Positions 33,592 through 45,997 are shown, counted from the whole stretch's first letter. The stretch: 63,460 nt of DNA, filler included, from Stramenopiles sp. TOSAG23-2 (GCA_900128395.1; 22 parts of 22 records of this genome joined end to end with filler, not necessarily neighbours in it); one strand, 5' to 3'. Made by a program: numbers and translations. Notes: generated by a model not told the origin, from the sequence alone.

Positions 33592-33748
33592 ATGTCAAGT
33601 AAAGCAAAGAAAAGTGAGGAGGAAGATACACAACAAGTTAAATTAGCAAAGGTAAGTTTTTATTTAGTTTTTATTTTCATTAAAATGTGAGAATTATATA
33701 TATTTTTCTATTTTTTCTTCTAAATATAGTTTATAGATTAAAGGTGTC
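33592..33748 (+). CDS. 5' fragment of a probable 40S ribosomal protein S28 (eS28), intron 33652-33736
   Basis: MSSKAKKSEEEDTQQVKLAK, then GTAAGT...TAG intron, then IKGV. Resembles the eS28 N-terminal VKLAxVxKV; only 24 codons are visible. Confidence 0.45.
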
Positions 33749-33848
33749 NNNNNNNNNNNNNNNNNNNNNNNNNNNNNNNNNNNNNNNNNNNNTTAATTAA
33801 TTAANNNNNNNNNNNNNNNNNNNNNNNNNNNNNNNNNNNNNNNNNNNN

Positions 33849-34646
33849 ATTGTTTGTTTTTAATCCTTCACCAATACTTTGTACATTAGTAATATTATTA
33901 TTAGATAGGTCCAAGATCTCTAATGTATTGTTTGTTTTTAACAATTCACCAATAGCTAATGCATCCTCATCCGTGAGATTCCTTCCACTCAAATTCACTT
34001 CCGTCTTCCCATCAAATTCTTTTTCCCATTTCATATACGCAGCACTTTTCTTTTTGTTATTCACAACTTCATCCTGTTGCATCGCTTTCATCATAAGACG
34101 TTGCTCTTCCATTTTCAGCTCCATTTCTTTCAATTTCATTGCCATCTTGTCTTCGGCTTTACTATTATTATTATTATTATTATTACTAGAATTATCCTTT
34201 TTATCTCCAATTAATTCATTCAGTAATGCTGTAGCATCATGATTAGCTACTTCATACAACTTGTCCAATGCCTTCTCATTTTCCGCTTCAATGACTGTAA
34301 TTTTCCCTTCCATTTTTATTTCATATTTACTAGCACCGAAAAACATAAAGGAACCTTCCTTTTTATGTAATGTTTTATTTAAATGTATTACAGCAAGTTT
34401 TAACTCTTTTTTGAATACTTTTGTTTTATGATATGCTTGCGATTCATCTTCATTGGATATTCCAGCTTTCAATGTACCTAACAAACTGCCAAAATCAAGC
34501 CCAAGTCCATTTGTAGCAATACCAACAATAATATTGGCAATTTTATCAGCAGCTATTTCAATTGATTTTCCTGAAGAGGATTTATTAATTCGTATATCTT
34601 CTGAACTTTTAAAACGTGCTTTTTCACTTGTAACCAATGATGCCAT
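33849..34646 (-). CDS. RNI-like LRR protein with an unknown N-terminal domain and coiled coil, 3'-truncated
   Basis: AIGELLKTNNTLEILDLSNNNITNVQSIGEGLKTNN; DNA nearly identical to the LRR modules at 30780-31390. Confidence 0.8.
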
Positions 34647-35107
34647 GATTAAAATATATATAACTTATATATATATGTAATTACTAATTGTAAAATGATT
34701 CTGCAATAAACGTGTCCTTATCGTATAATATAATTAATTTTTCCAATCTGTGTGTTTCCTCTTCTACTATGATATGTATCTATGACATTGTTTCTAATAT
34801 AATAATACATTCGATGTGGTGGTGGTATATTGCAACTATTGTGGTGTATTGTGGCAATCTGGCAATCTGGCAATCTAATAAATCCATGAAGAATCCATAA
34901 ACTAATATACATCACGTAATTTGTATTATTTAAGGTTTTTACTATTGTAGTACTATAGGAATAGCATACTAAATACGTGCATCAGAGAGGATCTTGGGAG
35001 CTTTAGCTTCTTCTATTATAGCTCGTATTTATTTTTAATATAAATTATATAGAAAAAAATTAATCAAATCGTTTGACTGAGCGGTATAGAGACTCTCTAG
35101 ATGGATA

Positions 35108-36335
35108 TTATAACAATTTCATGCTTTCTAACATGCTATGCAATTTCTCCATAAAGTCCTCCACGTGACCCCCCATTTGATGATCCGATACATTAGACAT
35201 AGCCTCGTCCTGAACTTCATCAAACGCATTAACTATTGCTGTATTTAACCTTTCCCAAATGCCTCTATCCCTAAGCCATTGATATTGTGGATTATAAAAC
35301 AATTCTTCAATAGTCTTCTTCCCATTAGTCACCACAACTTCACCAGGTTCAAGTTGATTCAGCCAGCTCGTAAACGGTCCTTTTTTTGCCTGATTTATTC
35401 GGCGTGTAGTATTATTTAGGTTATGCCACCCATTTACAGCCTCTCGTATTGAAAATAAATTTGCCTTTTTTGTAAACGACCGCGGCATACAATTTAATAC
35501 ATGATTCAGGACTTGCATTTCTATAATATGGTCATTTTGTGTTTCTTCTCTTCGTTTCACATACTGTTTTAGTTTATCTTGGTATATATCTTTGTTGTTA
35601 CGTTTCTCCCAGACATCGTCCGCCTTATTAGCTACATTTTGTCGTAGATCTCTTTTACCGTCTGCCAGGTCTGCTGATTTTACCTTTGGTAAATCTTTAT
35701 GCAGAACTATTTTAATATCCACATTTCGATGGTTACGACTCGGAGTTGGGGCTTTATTTTGGGTCTCTTTCCAGTCCATCAATCTGGTAACGCAAGTTTC
35801 TATGCTCATACCTGGTGTAATTTCTCTTTTCTTGCATTCTTCCTTTAACCGGGCAAATGTAAGTTTCATCAATTTTTTATTGGCATAACCATGTAAATCG
35901 TGTGGAATTTCTATTTCATCTTCTACGTCGCTTGTCTCGTCTACAGAACTTTCTGCCTTCGGTTTAGCGTTTTTCCTCCACTCTAGCAATCGTGTAACAC
36001 ATACTTTTTTACTTGACCCTGCAGCAATTCCTCTTTTCTTGCATTCTTCCTTTAACTGGGCAAATGTAAGTTTCATCAATTTTTTATTGGCATAACCATG
36101 TAAATCGTGTGGAATTTCTATTTCATCTTCTACGTCGCTTGTCTCGTCTACAGAACTTTCTGCCTTCGGTTTAGCGTTTTTCCTCCACTCTAGCAATCGT
36201 GTAACACATACTTTTTTACTTGACCCTGCAGCAATTCCTCTTTTCTCATTCTTCCTTTAACCGGGCAAATGTAAGTTTCATCAATTTTTTATTGGCATAA
36301 CCATGTAAATCGTGTGGAATTGTTAACGAGGCCAT
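35108..36335 (-). CDS. Three SAP-like repeats plus a C-terminal HNH-like nuclease domain; 2-bp frameshift in repeat 1
   Basis: ATG 36335 (MASLTIPHDLHGY); repeats of 207 and 205 bp encoding LTFAxLKEECKKRGI...CVTRL; C-terminal DHIIEMQ...NGWHNLNNT...INQAK. Confidence 0.65.
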
Positions 36336-36914
36336 AAATAAATAGATTTACTTGTTTCTGGGGAAATTATATAAACAAAATGTTCATCTTTGTACATTGA
36401 TACCGATGTATAATGAAATCGTCCATCATAATCAGTCTTTTATACAAAAATGTCCGGATGCACGGATCATAAAAAAACGCAAAACCTGGCCAAGTGCACA
36501 AGTGGCAAAGTTGCGCATCATCAACTGTGTGTGTGCATTTTAATTTTTGTCCAAACAAAACAACAATGATATAGGAAAATATCTAGTACAAATATACTTC
36601 TTAGTATATAAATCCAGGCCACAATAATGACATTCACCCATCGCAGAAAAAAAGTGCATTTTTGCAACATTTTTTCAATAATGAAATGATACAATAGATA
36701 GTATAGATTGATACATAGAAGGGAATACACACAGACATATAATCAACAAAAGACAAAATTTTTTTTCATAACACTATATATATATATATACCCAACATGT
36801 CGTCGTCAGATAANNNNNNNNNNNNNNNNNNNNNNNNNNNNNNNNNNNNNNNNNNNNTTAATTAATTAANNNNNNNNNNNNNNNNNNNNNNNNNNNNNNN
36901 NNNNNNNNNNNNNG

Positions 36915-39227
36915 AAATGTCATTCCACCAACTATAGTAAAGCCACGCATGAGGTTTACAGCAACAACAATAATGATAACAAGAAAGGCTCAAAGAAAAA
37001 TAATAACAATTCCAAAAAGATAGAACAAGTAGTTAAAACAGAAGCAAAAGTTTATCCAATAAAATCTGGACTGGTAGAAACATTTTTAACAGAGAAACAA
37101 TTAAAATTTAAACAATTTTATTTAACAACAGCTATTAATTATGCAAACGGAGCGCCACATATTGGCCATGCATACGAAGGCATTACAAGTGATATCATAT
37201 CACGTTACCATCGCATGATGGGAAGAGATGTATTCTTTTTAACTGGCTCAGATGAGCACGGGCAAAAAGTTGCTGCAAAAGCTGCTTCGTTAAACAAGAC
37301 ACCTATTGATGTATGTGATATGTACGTTAAAGGTTTTCAAGAATTAAATACACGTTGTAATCTTAGCAATGATGATTACGTACGTACAACATCAGAAAAG
37401 CATAAAATAAATGCAAGCACGTTGTGGAAAAAATGCGAAGCGAATGGTGATATTTATTTAGATAAATATGAAGGTTGGTATAATATTCGTGAGGAAAAAT
37501 TTGTACCTGAAAATGAAGCAAAATTAAATGATTATAAAGATGAAGATGGAACACCATTATCAAAAGTAAAAGAAGAATCATATTTCTTTCGCATGGGAAA
37601 ATATCAAAAACAATTAATTGAGCATTACGAAAATAATTTAAACTTTGTATTGCCTATATCAAGACGCAACGAAATGTTGTCAAGGTTGAAAAAAGATGAA
37701 TTACGTGATTTATCTGCATCAAGAACAACATTTGATTGGGGTATACCAATACCAAATGATGCAAGTAAAAAGCACGTCATGTATGTATGGTTTGATGCAT
37801 TATCAAATTATTTAACTGGTGTCGATGCGTTATTGGAAAGCGAAAGTGATTTAAAGAAATATTGGCCGTGCAATGTTCATGTGATTGGTAAAGACATCTT
37901 ATGGTTCCATTCAGTCATTTGGCCTACCATGCTTATGTCTGCTGGAATACCATTGCCAAAAACTATTATGGCACATGGTTTCGTAAATGCAGCAGATGGA
38001 AGAAAAATGAGCAAATCTTTTGGGAATACTATTGACCCCCATGATTGCTTGAAATTGTTGGAAACGGGAGGGGGAACATCGGATACGTTTCGATATTATA
38101 TTATACGCGAGACACCATATGGTGCCGATATGTCTTTCTCAGAACAAGCGATGAAAACGGTGAACAATGCTGATTTAGCAGATTCATTTGGTAATTTATT
38201 TTCAAGAGCAGTTGCAATGTGTAAAAGATATTGTGGTGGTAAAATCCCAGAGGAAAAAAGTGAAGGTTCATTTGATTTGGAAAGTACAATTAAGAAAATG
38301 GAAAAAACGATGGAAACTTACGAGTTGAATAAAATGGCTGAAGCATGTATTTCTAGCGTACACGATGTAAATAAATATTTAACAGATCGTGAACCATGGA
38401 AAATGAAAGATGAGAAAAAACGTGCTGGTGTTGTACGTACAATCCTTGAATCGTGTTTCTACTTTGCACATTTTTTTGCACCAATGTGCCCAATAGCATC
38501 AAGCAAGATTTTGAAGACATTAAATGTAGAAATGAAGCCATTGATGTCATTGTCAATTGGATTTGATAATTTACCCAATGGTCAAGTCATTGGCAATGCA
38601 GAAGTACTCTTTCCTAAACTTGTGGATGAAGATGCAAAGAAGAAAGCGCAAGAATTAGCTGCTGCAAATAAAAAAAAGAAGAAAAACAAAGGTGGTGGTG
38701 GTAAAAATAAAAAACCAGCATCTGATCCAAATCAAAATGTATTTACCCAGGTAGATATACGTGTTGGTAAAATTGTTAAAGTATGGGAACATGAAGGTAG
38801 TGATAAATTATTTTGCGAAGAGATTGATATTGGGGAAGAGAAACCAAGACAAATAGCTAGTGGATTGCGTAAATATTACCAATTAAATGATTTACAAGAT
38901 AGGAAAGTATTAGTCGTATGTAATTTGAAAAAAGCAAAATTAGCTGGATTTAGTTCAGAAGGTATGGTATTATGTGCCAGTGGTGATGGTAAAACTGAAT
39001 TTATTGATCCACCAACAGATGCTAAAATTGGGGAAAATGTGAAAATTGATGGATTGACTGGTGATCCCGTCGGATCCAATCAAATGAAAAAACGAAAAAT
39101 CTGGTCCCAAGTTCAACCTGGATTGAAAACAAATGATGATCGTGTTGCATGTTGGGAAGGAAAAGTTATATTAACATCAGCTGGTCCATGTACTGCAAAA
39201 AGTGTTGTTGGTGGGGAAATTAAATAA
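36915..39227 (+). CDS. metG: Methionyl-tRNA synthetase with C-terminal Trbp111/EMAPII tRNA-binding domain (5'-truncated)
   Basis: FYLTTAINYANGAPHIGH upstream of the track ORF in the same frame; TGSDEHGQK, YVWFDAL, KMSKS; C-terminal DIRVGKI...RQIASGL...SEGMVLCA. Confidence 0.95.
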   Translation, partial: KCHSTNYSKATHEVYSNNNNDNKKGSKKNNNNSKKIEQVVKTEAKVYPIKSGLVETFLTEKQLKFKQFYLTTAINYANGAPHIGHAYEGITSDIISRYHRMMGRDVFFLTGSDEHGQKVAAKAASLNKTPIDVCDMYVKGFQELNTRCNLSNDDYVRTTSEKHKINASTLWKKCEANGDIYLDKYEGWYNIREEKFVPENEAKLNDYKDEDGTPLSKVKEESYFFRMGKYQKQLIEHYENNLNFVLPISRRNEMLSRLKKDELRDLSASRTTFDWGIPIPNDASKKHVMYVWFDALSNYLTGVDALLESESDLKKYWPCNVHVIGKDILWFHSVIWPTMLMSAGIPLPKTIMAHGFVNAADGRKMSKSFGNTIDPHDCLKLLETGGGTSDTFRYYIIRETPYGADMSFSEQAMKTVNNADLADSFGNLFSRAVAMCKRYCGGKIPEEKSEGSFDLESTIKKMEKTMETYELNKMAEACISSVHDVNKYLTDREPWKMKDEKKRAGVVRTILESCFYFAHFFAPMCPIASSKILKTLNVEMKPLMSLSIGFDNLPNGQVIGNAEVLFPKLVDEDAKKKAQELAAANKKKKKNKGGGGKNKKPASDPNQNVFTQVDIRVGKIVKVWEHEGSDKLFCEEIDIGEEKPRQIASGLRKYYQLNDLQDRKVLVVCNLKKAKLAGFSSEGMVLCASGDGKTEFIDPPTDAKIGENVKIDGLTGDPVGSNQMKKRKIWSQVQPGLKTNDDRVACWEGKVILTSAGPCTAKSVVGGEIK

Positions 39228-39979
39228 AAAATATGATATCATAGATGTGGTGATTAAATATATTGCATGTGATGGCAAGAAATGTGTTTGTACACCCAGA
39301 GTGTTTGTGTGGGTGTATCGTGCGAGTACCATGTGTGTCTTTATGGGTGTACGTTTGTATTTATTATTTTTAAAAAATGAAAGTTATAATATTATGCATT
39401 AATTAAATATATATTTAGTCAGCAGTACGAACTTCGTAAAATTTTAATACATCGTGTAACGCAATAAACTAAAATATAATTTTCATATTTTTTCAAACAC
39501 ATGGGCACTGTGTGTGGGAACTGGGAAGGTCAAAGTAAAAAGGGAATTTTTGGCAAATTACTCTGGCTACATACAGGCAAATAGCACTACGTAGAAACAA
39601 AAAAATCTACCACATTACCGGTATCAAACAATCAGAAATCTGAAAGAAAGCCCTATATATAAAAGCTAAAGCTATATACTATAGTAATAATACTACGCAC
39701 AATATATTACAATTCCAAAAACCCATTTGTACACATTGCAAAAGATTTTCTTATCTATATACAGAGATTTATATGTTAATAAAGAAAACTATCAAAGTAC
39801 GAAAGCACGCATTTCCATTACAACCCATTTGTCAAAGCAAAACAATCTAGATCTATATTATATATATTTGAAAGAANNNNNNNNNNNNNNNNNNNNNNNN
39901 NNNNNNNNNNNNNNNNNNNNTTAATTAATTAANNNNNNNNNNNNNNNNNNNNNNNNNNNNNNNNNNNNNNNNNNNNCTG

Positions 39980-40024
39980 GAGAGTAGGAATTATCATGAG
40001 TAAATTAAAAAATAAATTATGCAT
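39980..40024 (+). repeat. Dispersed repeat family A, copy 2
   Basis: GAGAGTAGGAATTATCATGAGTAAATTAAAAAATAAATTATGC. Confidence 0.8.
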
Positions 40025-40274
40025 TAATTAAATAATATATGATATGATATAATATATAACACACTTAATTTTTAACCATAAAAAATACGCGTATGGATCT
40101 ATTTTTTTTATACGGACTTCGTATTTTTTTAAAAATAGTTTTTTTAACACACTGTGATATTATTATGAAAAAATATATTATTTTTTATTAAAAAAAATGT
40201 ACGTACGTTCGTACGAGCGTACATACACACACACACATATTTATGATGTGTACGAATAAGTCAAAATACTAAAA

Positions 40275-42260
40275 TCACATTGTATCTCGTCTCTGAATTT
40301 TATTCATCATCATAGCCGGCGTACTATTGCTTTTATTCATACTATTGCTAATTCCAAAATTTAATATTTGCATCTTACGTCGACGACCTCCACTTGTATG
40401 ATTATTTCTCAAACCAAATGAAGGAGTTTTCGCTCGTTGGCCGGGCCTTCTTCTTCGATTATTATTATTATTTACAATGGGTGATACAGGGGGTAATTGT
40501 TTTTTCCCTCCACCTTGGAACGATATTCCTCCAATACTTAAACCTGTGCCACCAACCTTTAACCAATCGATTTGCCTTCTTTTTTTCTTTTTTTTGACAC
40601 CGAAACGTCTTCTTCCCGGTTGCATTCTATTCCGTTGTCCACCTTGTGTAATCGGTCTTAAATTTCTTACTGCAACACCACGGCTTCGTATTTTGTTTCT
40701 TTCCTCCGTTGCACTTCGCATTTGTCTTACATGGGCTCCAATAACATTTACAACCTGTGCTTGCAAATTGAAATTCTTTTGGATTTCCCCTCCACCAACA
40801 GGTTTCATATTCACAGTGCTACATATCGATAATGGCAATCCATATTGTGTTCTTGTAGCAACATTTCGAAATGAAGACAAAAACATATTTGCACCTTGTC
40901 CAGCTTTTCTATTGGAAAAATAAACCTCATAGAATTGTCTCCAATTTTTTTGATCAACATCCATTAAATGCACTGGATCAGTCTGCCCAGTTTCTGCATT
41001 AAATCTATCAACATATAATGCTACTCTATTGTTTTTTCTAATATTTGCAAAGTGCAACATGTCCATTTTAAATTGTGCAAATCCTCTTGTTTGCCCATTT
41101 TGCACATGATCAACACGTATTGTTCTGTCTTTGTCATTTACACTCAAGAAATCTAGTGTTATACCATCTAATCCCTCTGCCTGAGAACCAATCCCTGGTA
41201 TGGGATCAATTGTTTTAGTCACTACATCTTTTTGTCCCTCCAATTGCTTCCAAAATTTACCTTTAGAATATAAACGATCCCACCAATTACCTTTTGGGTC
41301 ATAACTAGCATACTCCTGTTTCTTCTTTTTCTTCTTCTTCTGCTTCTGCTTTAGTTTATTTTTCTCTGCATTTTGCAATGCTAATAATTCCGCGGCCATC
41401 ATCTTCCCATTCATTACGATGACAGATGATCGTCTACCTCGTTTTCTAATTTTATCTAATGGTTTATAACTAAATGTCCCATCTTCATTCATTATGGAAA
41501 TCCTATCAAAAGCATCTTCTAAAAATGATGAATATTCATCTACACAAATATTTTCCGTCCATACATCAACCATACGAAAAAACGCACTAATAAATTGGGG
41601 CTTCCCCATTTTATGTACTTGATGGCCCTTAGTAAGTGGAGTATCATGTAACCAATCTTCCTCCCCCGTCTTTTTTTCCTCTTCCTCGTCTACAACACCT
41701 ACTAATGCTCGAACCAAGTGTTTATGAAGTTCTAAATATTCGGGCTTTGTTATCGTTCCGTCGTGATTTATATCAACTAAAGCCCATAACCGCTTTAATG
41801 TAAATTGTATTCTTTTCTCGAATTTTAACGACTCTCGTTTCAATAGATTTGTGTCAGAATATAAATGATTGTCCTTATGCTCATCATCAACTAAAAATTC
41901 TGTTCTTAAAGCAGCAATGAAATCGTTTTTCTTCTTTTCCTCTGGATGAAAGTCAGTGGTATGTCCTGTTTCGTGATGAACATGCGCAATTTTTGACTCC
42001 TCTTGATGGCCTTGTGCATGACATAAATCTTTCAAATTTTGCATCATTGCAACAGAACCTCTACGTGTTGCTCTTCTAGATTTCTGAGAGTTTGGTTTGG
42101 GGCTTGGAAAATGCGCATCAAATTGTGCAGCCTTCTCTTCAATAGAAAGCTTTTTCCTGATTCCATCAGCGTCTTGAGTACCAATTATTGAGTTTCTTAA
42201 AGACTTACGCACCACAATGGAGGAACGTCGCGTACGAATCTGTGCAAGTGGACTATTCAT
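40275..42260 (-). CDS. EF-hand-containing hypothetical protein
   Basis: Canonical EF loop DINHDGTITKPE; 661-aa ORF with a basic low-complexity tail. Confidence 0.75.
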   Translation of the reverse strand: MNSPLAQIRTRRSSIVVRKSLRNSIIGTQDADGIRKKLSIEEKAAQFDAHFPSPKPNSQKSRRATRRGSVAMMQNLKDLCHAQGHQEESKIAHVHHETGHTTDFHPEEKKKNDFIAALRTEFLVDDEHKDNHLYSDTNLLKRESLKFEKRIQFTLKRLWALVDINHDGTITKPEYLELHKHLVRALVGVVDEEEEKKTGEEDWLHDTPLTKGHQVHKMGKPQFISAFFRMVDVWTENICVDEYSSFLEDAFDRISIMNEDGTFSYKPLDKIRKRGRRSSVIVMNGKMMAAELLALQNAEKNKLKQKQKKKKKKKQEYASYDPKGNWWDRLYSKGKFWKQLEGQKDVVTKTIDPIPGIGSQAEGLDGITLDFLSVNDKDRTIRVDHVQNGQTRGFAQFKMDMLHFANIRKNNRVALYVDRFNAETGQTDPVHLMDVDQKNWRQFYEVYFSNRKAGQGANMFLSSFRNVATRTQYGLPLSICSTVNMKPVGGGEIQKNFNLQAQVVNVIGAHVRQMRSATEERNKIRSRGVAVRNLRPITQGGQRNRMQPGRRRFGVKKKKKRRQIDWLKVGGTGLSIGGISFQGGGKKQLPPVSPIVNNNNNRRRRPGQRAKTPSFGLRNNHTSGGRRRKMQILNFGISNSMNKSNSTPAMMMNKIQRRDTM

Positions 42261-43038
42261 AATACTTTGTAATTATAGTATACCTAGATAGTAGCTAGAA
42301 ACATATGTTATTGTAATACAAATAATTATTTTACTTCTTCGTTTTTAAAAGGCATAGATGTAGATGTATATATTCGCTTTTTTTATATACGATTACATAT
42401 TACAATATATTAAATAACAATCAATACACACTTTCTCCTCATATATATTAATTTCTTGACTATTATACTAGTATTATTATATCTGTATAATAATAATGCT
42501 CTACTAATAATAGTATAGCTCTATTATAGTGCAATACCAAAAGTGTAAGACTCACTAAAATTTGGTGTTGTAGTTGCCAGATGGATCAGTTGAATTTTAG
42601 GCCAGCCGGGCCAGCTGGCCAAATGCCAAATGTTATATTAGACTAATTAATACAGTAAATGAATTAAGGCTGGAACATCTGTTTTTATACGAGGAGCTAT
42701 AATAGTACTTAATAGAGAGAGGCAAAAAAGGAGTATTATATCGTTTATCGTATAGCTCGCTAGAAAAGCATCAAGAATCAAGAAACAAAAAGGCAAAAAG
42801 TCTGCGGTCATTCCTATCAATCAATGCATTAGTATACTACTATATTATGCGTATAAATGTATTAATAATACTTACTAGACACTATTCCCTGCCCTGATGT
42901 GTAGGGGTTTCAAAGGAAATAAATTAAAGGAAATAATGNNNNNNNNNNNNNNNNNNNNNNNNNNNNNNNNNNNNNNNNNNNNTTAATTAATTAANNNNNN
43001 NNNNNNNNNNNNNNNNNNNNNNNNNNNNNNNNNNNNNN

Positions 43039-43180
43039 TATTATTTAAAGTTGGTATTGCACCATAATTTTCAATATTTAAAATAGAAGAAGAAGAAGAA
43101 GAAGAAGAAATGGTAGTGGAACTAGTGGCATAAAATGTTATATTTAATATTAATATAATACAATATATACGATGCATCAT
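43039..43180 (-). CDS. 5' fragment of a secreted pectin-lyase-fold (GH28-like) protein
   Basis: Signal peptide, poly-Ser, then ILNIENYGAIP, similar to the NxxxYGA motif that opens this fold. Confidence 0.45.
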
Positions 43181-44153
43181 TGTCGTCGTCGTCGTCGTAT
43201 CGTATTATTATTATTAAAAAGAAAAATGTTTAGCCGTTTTTGTTTTTTACTACAGATCTAACTTGAAAAAACAATTTTTATACTCCCTGGACTCCTTCTT
43301 TATTGAATTTATTCATTATATTATTCATTATTATGGCCATAATATTTTTATTTTTATAATAATATGTAACCAATAATAATATTGAAATTTTTTCTACAAA
43401 TTAAAATTGTATTATGGTGCTATGACCATACTACTATTATTAGCTTAAGGAAAATTAGAATATCAAAATGGCCCGGTTCTTTATAATTGCCAGCTGGGCC
43501 AGCCCGTCAGGATTTATTTTCCTTACGAATTGACTCTTGTTCAATGACAATCCCTACTCAGAAAACCTTAACGAGCAAATCCACTACGCACCTCAAGAAT
43601 CAAAAAGAAGCAAGAATCGGAGCGTAGACAAAATCCCATTCGATTTCCCATACGATTAGCATTAGTACAAAAACCTGGACCACATTCGTAATTACCTTGC
43701 TAAACAGGAGGCATAAATATGTGTATTACTATTATTCGTACATAAGGAAAAATTTCTGAAATCCGAAATCCGTCATACTTTTTTTAAACTATATGCATAC
43801 TTTCCAATCAACATTAATAGTCTATCAAGTATTATGATAAAATAGCACTGAATAGCATGTTGTTTCCGCGGCACTAAAAAGAAGAGGAAAAAACAAATAA
43901 TCCAGAGAGGAGCGTGAGAAAAAAGGGGATTTTTATTATTTCTTTCTGAAGAAACATGAATGTGTTGCAAGTGTTTGTACATTGGTAGCAGTGATATATA
44001 TACATATACATGTATATATATATTGCATTATTATTAAGTGGTAATTTTGTGTAATTCACATATATATATATTGCATTATTATTAAGTGGTAATTTTGTGT
44101 AATTCAGTGCAGGATTGATATACGAATTTGGTTTTTGATTGATTGTATGAACA

Positions 44154-44545
44154 ATGAATAAGATGATAATATCCACGTATTTTGTTATTGTTACATTAGT
44201 CGTAACAATATTAACAACAACCACCATTCATGCAACGGAAATTACAAAATCATTAAGACGCCATGGTATGCATCATAATCGACGTGTACGTGATCAACAA
44301 CAACAAGTATTAGATCCACCGAAAGTAAAAACGATTTGGAAGAAAGTAAGAAAGGGTGTAAAAGGGGCTAAAAATGAAAAGGACACATTTAAACATCGAT
44401 TAGAAAAAGTGGTTCCTGGTAATAGTAAAGAATATTGGAATTTACGTATGTTACCAGAGCAAAAACAAAATGCGGAAGATCCTGTAGCAGCTGTTAAATA
44501 TGCAAAAGAAGAGGCAGACAAAATAAAACATATCAAATCCGATGA
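44154..44545 (+). CDS. 5' part of a secreted hypothetical protein (probable chimeric junction near 44540)
   Basis: Signal peptide and a charged body up to KIKHIKSDD. Beyond that the frame is the antisense of the methyltransferase. Confidence 0.5.
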
Positions 44546-45100
44546 TGACCTCCCAACTAAAACTTTGATATTTGCATCCCTAGGAAATTGTGGAACAAAT
44601 TCTGCTATATCAATTCCCCAGATTTTCGAATTGTCTGAGTACAATTCTCTCCATAACTTTAAACTACCACCTTTTCTAACACCAACCTCCATCAATGAAA
44701 TATCCTGTGAAAAGTATGGTTGCATTGAAATATCGTAATATAAGCTATAGTTGTGACGGGATGCTTTATCGGTATTGAATCCATTGGCAGTTAAAATCAT
44801 TGATCCAACAACGGCACCGGATAATACATCACTGATATTCTGAAACTGTTTCCCCGTTTTTTGGTAATGATCTAATGATCCAAATTGATTATAAATCCAA
44901 AAAAATGCACCGTCCGTACCTTTAAACGCTTCTGTTACTATTTTATAAATTGATAGAAATGTTATAAATCCTAAAACCATGTATTTTATTTTAGAGGGTG
45001 ATCCCCTGGATCCCTTCTTCCCCACTCCTTCCGATGACGAAGACCATTTATACGACGGCAACCCATTTTCAACATCACGTCCTTTTCTTCGTAGCACCAT
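44535..45100 (-). CDS. 5' part of a membrane-anchored class I SAM-dependent methyltransferase
   Basis: TDKASRHNYSLYYD, motif I LMEVGVRKGGSLKLWRE, IWGIDI; N-terminal TM segment. Confidence 0.75.
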
Positions 45101-45586
45101 TTATTATTATTTACGTGGTAATAAAAAAATATATATCATATATTTTATCAACTGCACTGCTTTCAATTCAAGAATATATTAGCAATATGCGACAATTATA
45201 TATATATATATGGCCATATATAATGTAAGTATATATATAGTCTAATGTGCAATCCGGGCAACACCAATTTGACCACATAAATCGATTCTACAGCTTTTGT
45301 AATTTAAATTCTACTTGTTGTGGGACATATTTTTTTCGGTATATCTTTTTCATGAAAATAATAATAATAACGTCGTGTGTTCCTGGTGTTCCCCAACGCT
45401 TCAAAAAATTTATCCCAAATGCTCGGCTCCTCCGACGACGATTTTTTTAAAATAATTAAATTTTCAGGTTTTTTTTTTCGAATAATTTTTATAATAATAA
45501 TAATAAATAAAGTCACATGATAATAATAATATTTAAGGTAATTAACCGACAAAACTAGACTAAAATTAAAATATATAAAATAGTAG

Positions 45587-45623
45587 TGTAAGAAGTATAT
45601 AATTGAATTTTATACTTCTTACA
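45587..45623. repeat. Near-perfect hairpin with 18-bp arms
   Basis: TGTAAGAAGTATATAATT-G-AATTTTATACTTCTTACA, 1 mismatch. Confidence 0.75.
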
Positions 45624-45753
45624 TCTTATAATACATTAATTAAATTTTAACTATTAGTAGTAGTAGTGTAGTAGTTTATAAGTTAGTGCATTTTAGTATA
45701 ATAATAAATACCTTGTAAATGAGACGGCGGATCTCAAAATAAAAAACGTCGGG

Positions 45754-45997
45754 TTTGGTGATTTAGTATGGGAATAGCAGGTGTTATAATTTAATGCTGT
45801 GTATATATTATTGCGATAGACGTACTTAAATTATTATAACATTAACAATTTCTACTCCTATCAAAATTTGTATTATCTGTTTCCTATGTCCTATGTAAAA
45901 TATATATATTCTACTAAGTACAAATATGTCTATCGCAATATAATATATACACAGCATTAAATTATACCACCTGCTATTCCCATACTAAATCACCAAA
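45754..45997. mobile_element. MITE/foldback-like element, 244 bp, with about 70-bp inverted arms
   Basis: TTTGGTGATTTAGTATGGGAATAGCAGGTG...CGATAGAC is mirrored at the right end with one substitution and a 2-bp indel. Arms carry ACACAGCATT. Confidence 0.55.

Noticed and set aside
36240..36255. TGA in place of a Cys codon in SAP repeat 1 as a second selenocysteine
   Set aside because: The TGA arises from a 2-bp deletion that also shifts the frame, so read-through would not restore the protein.
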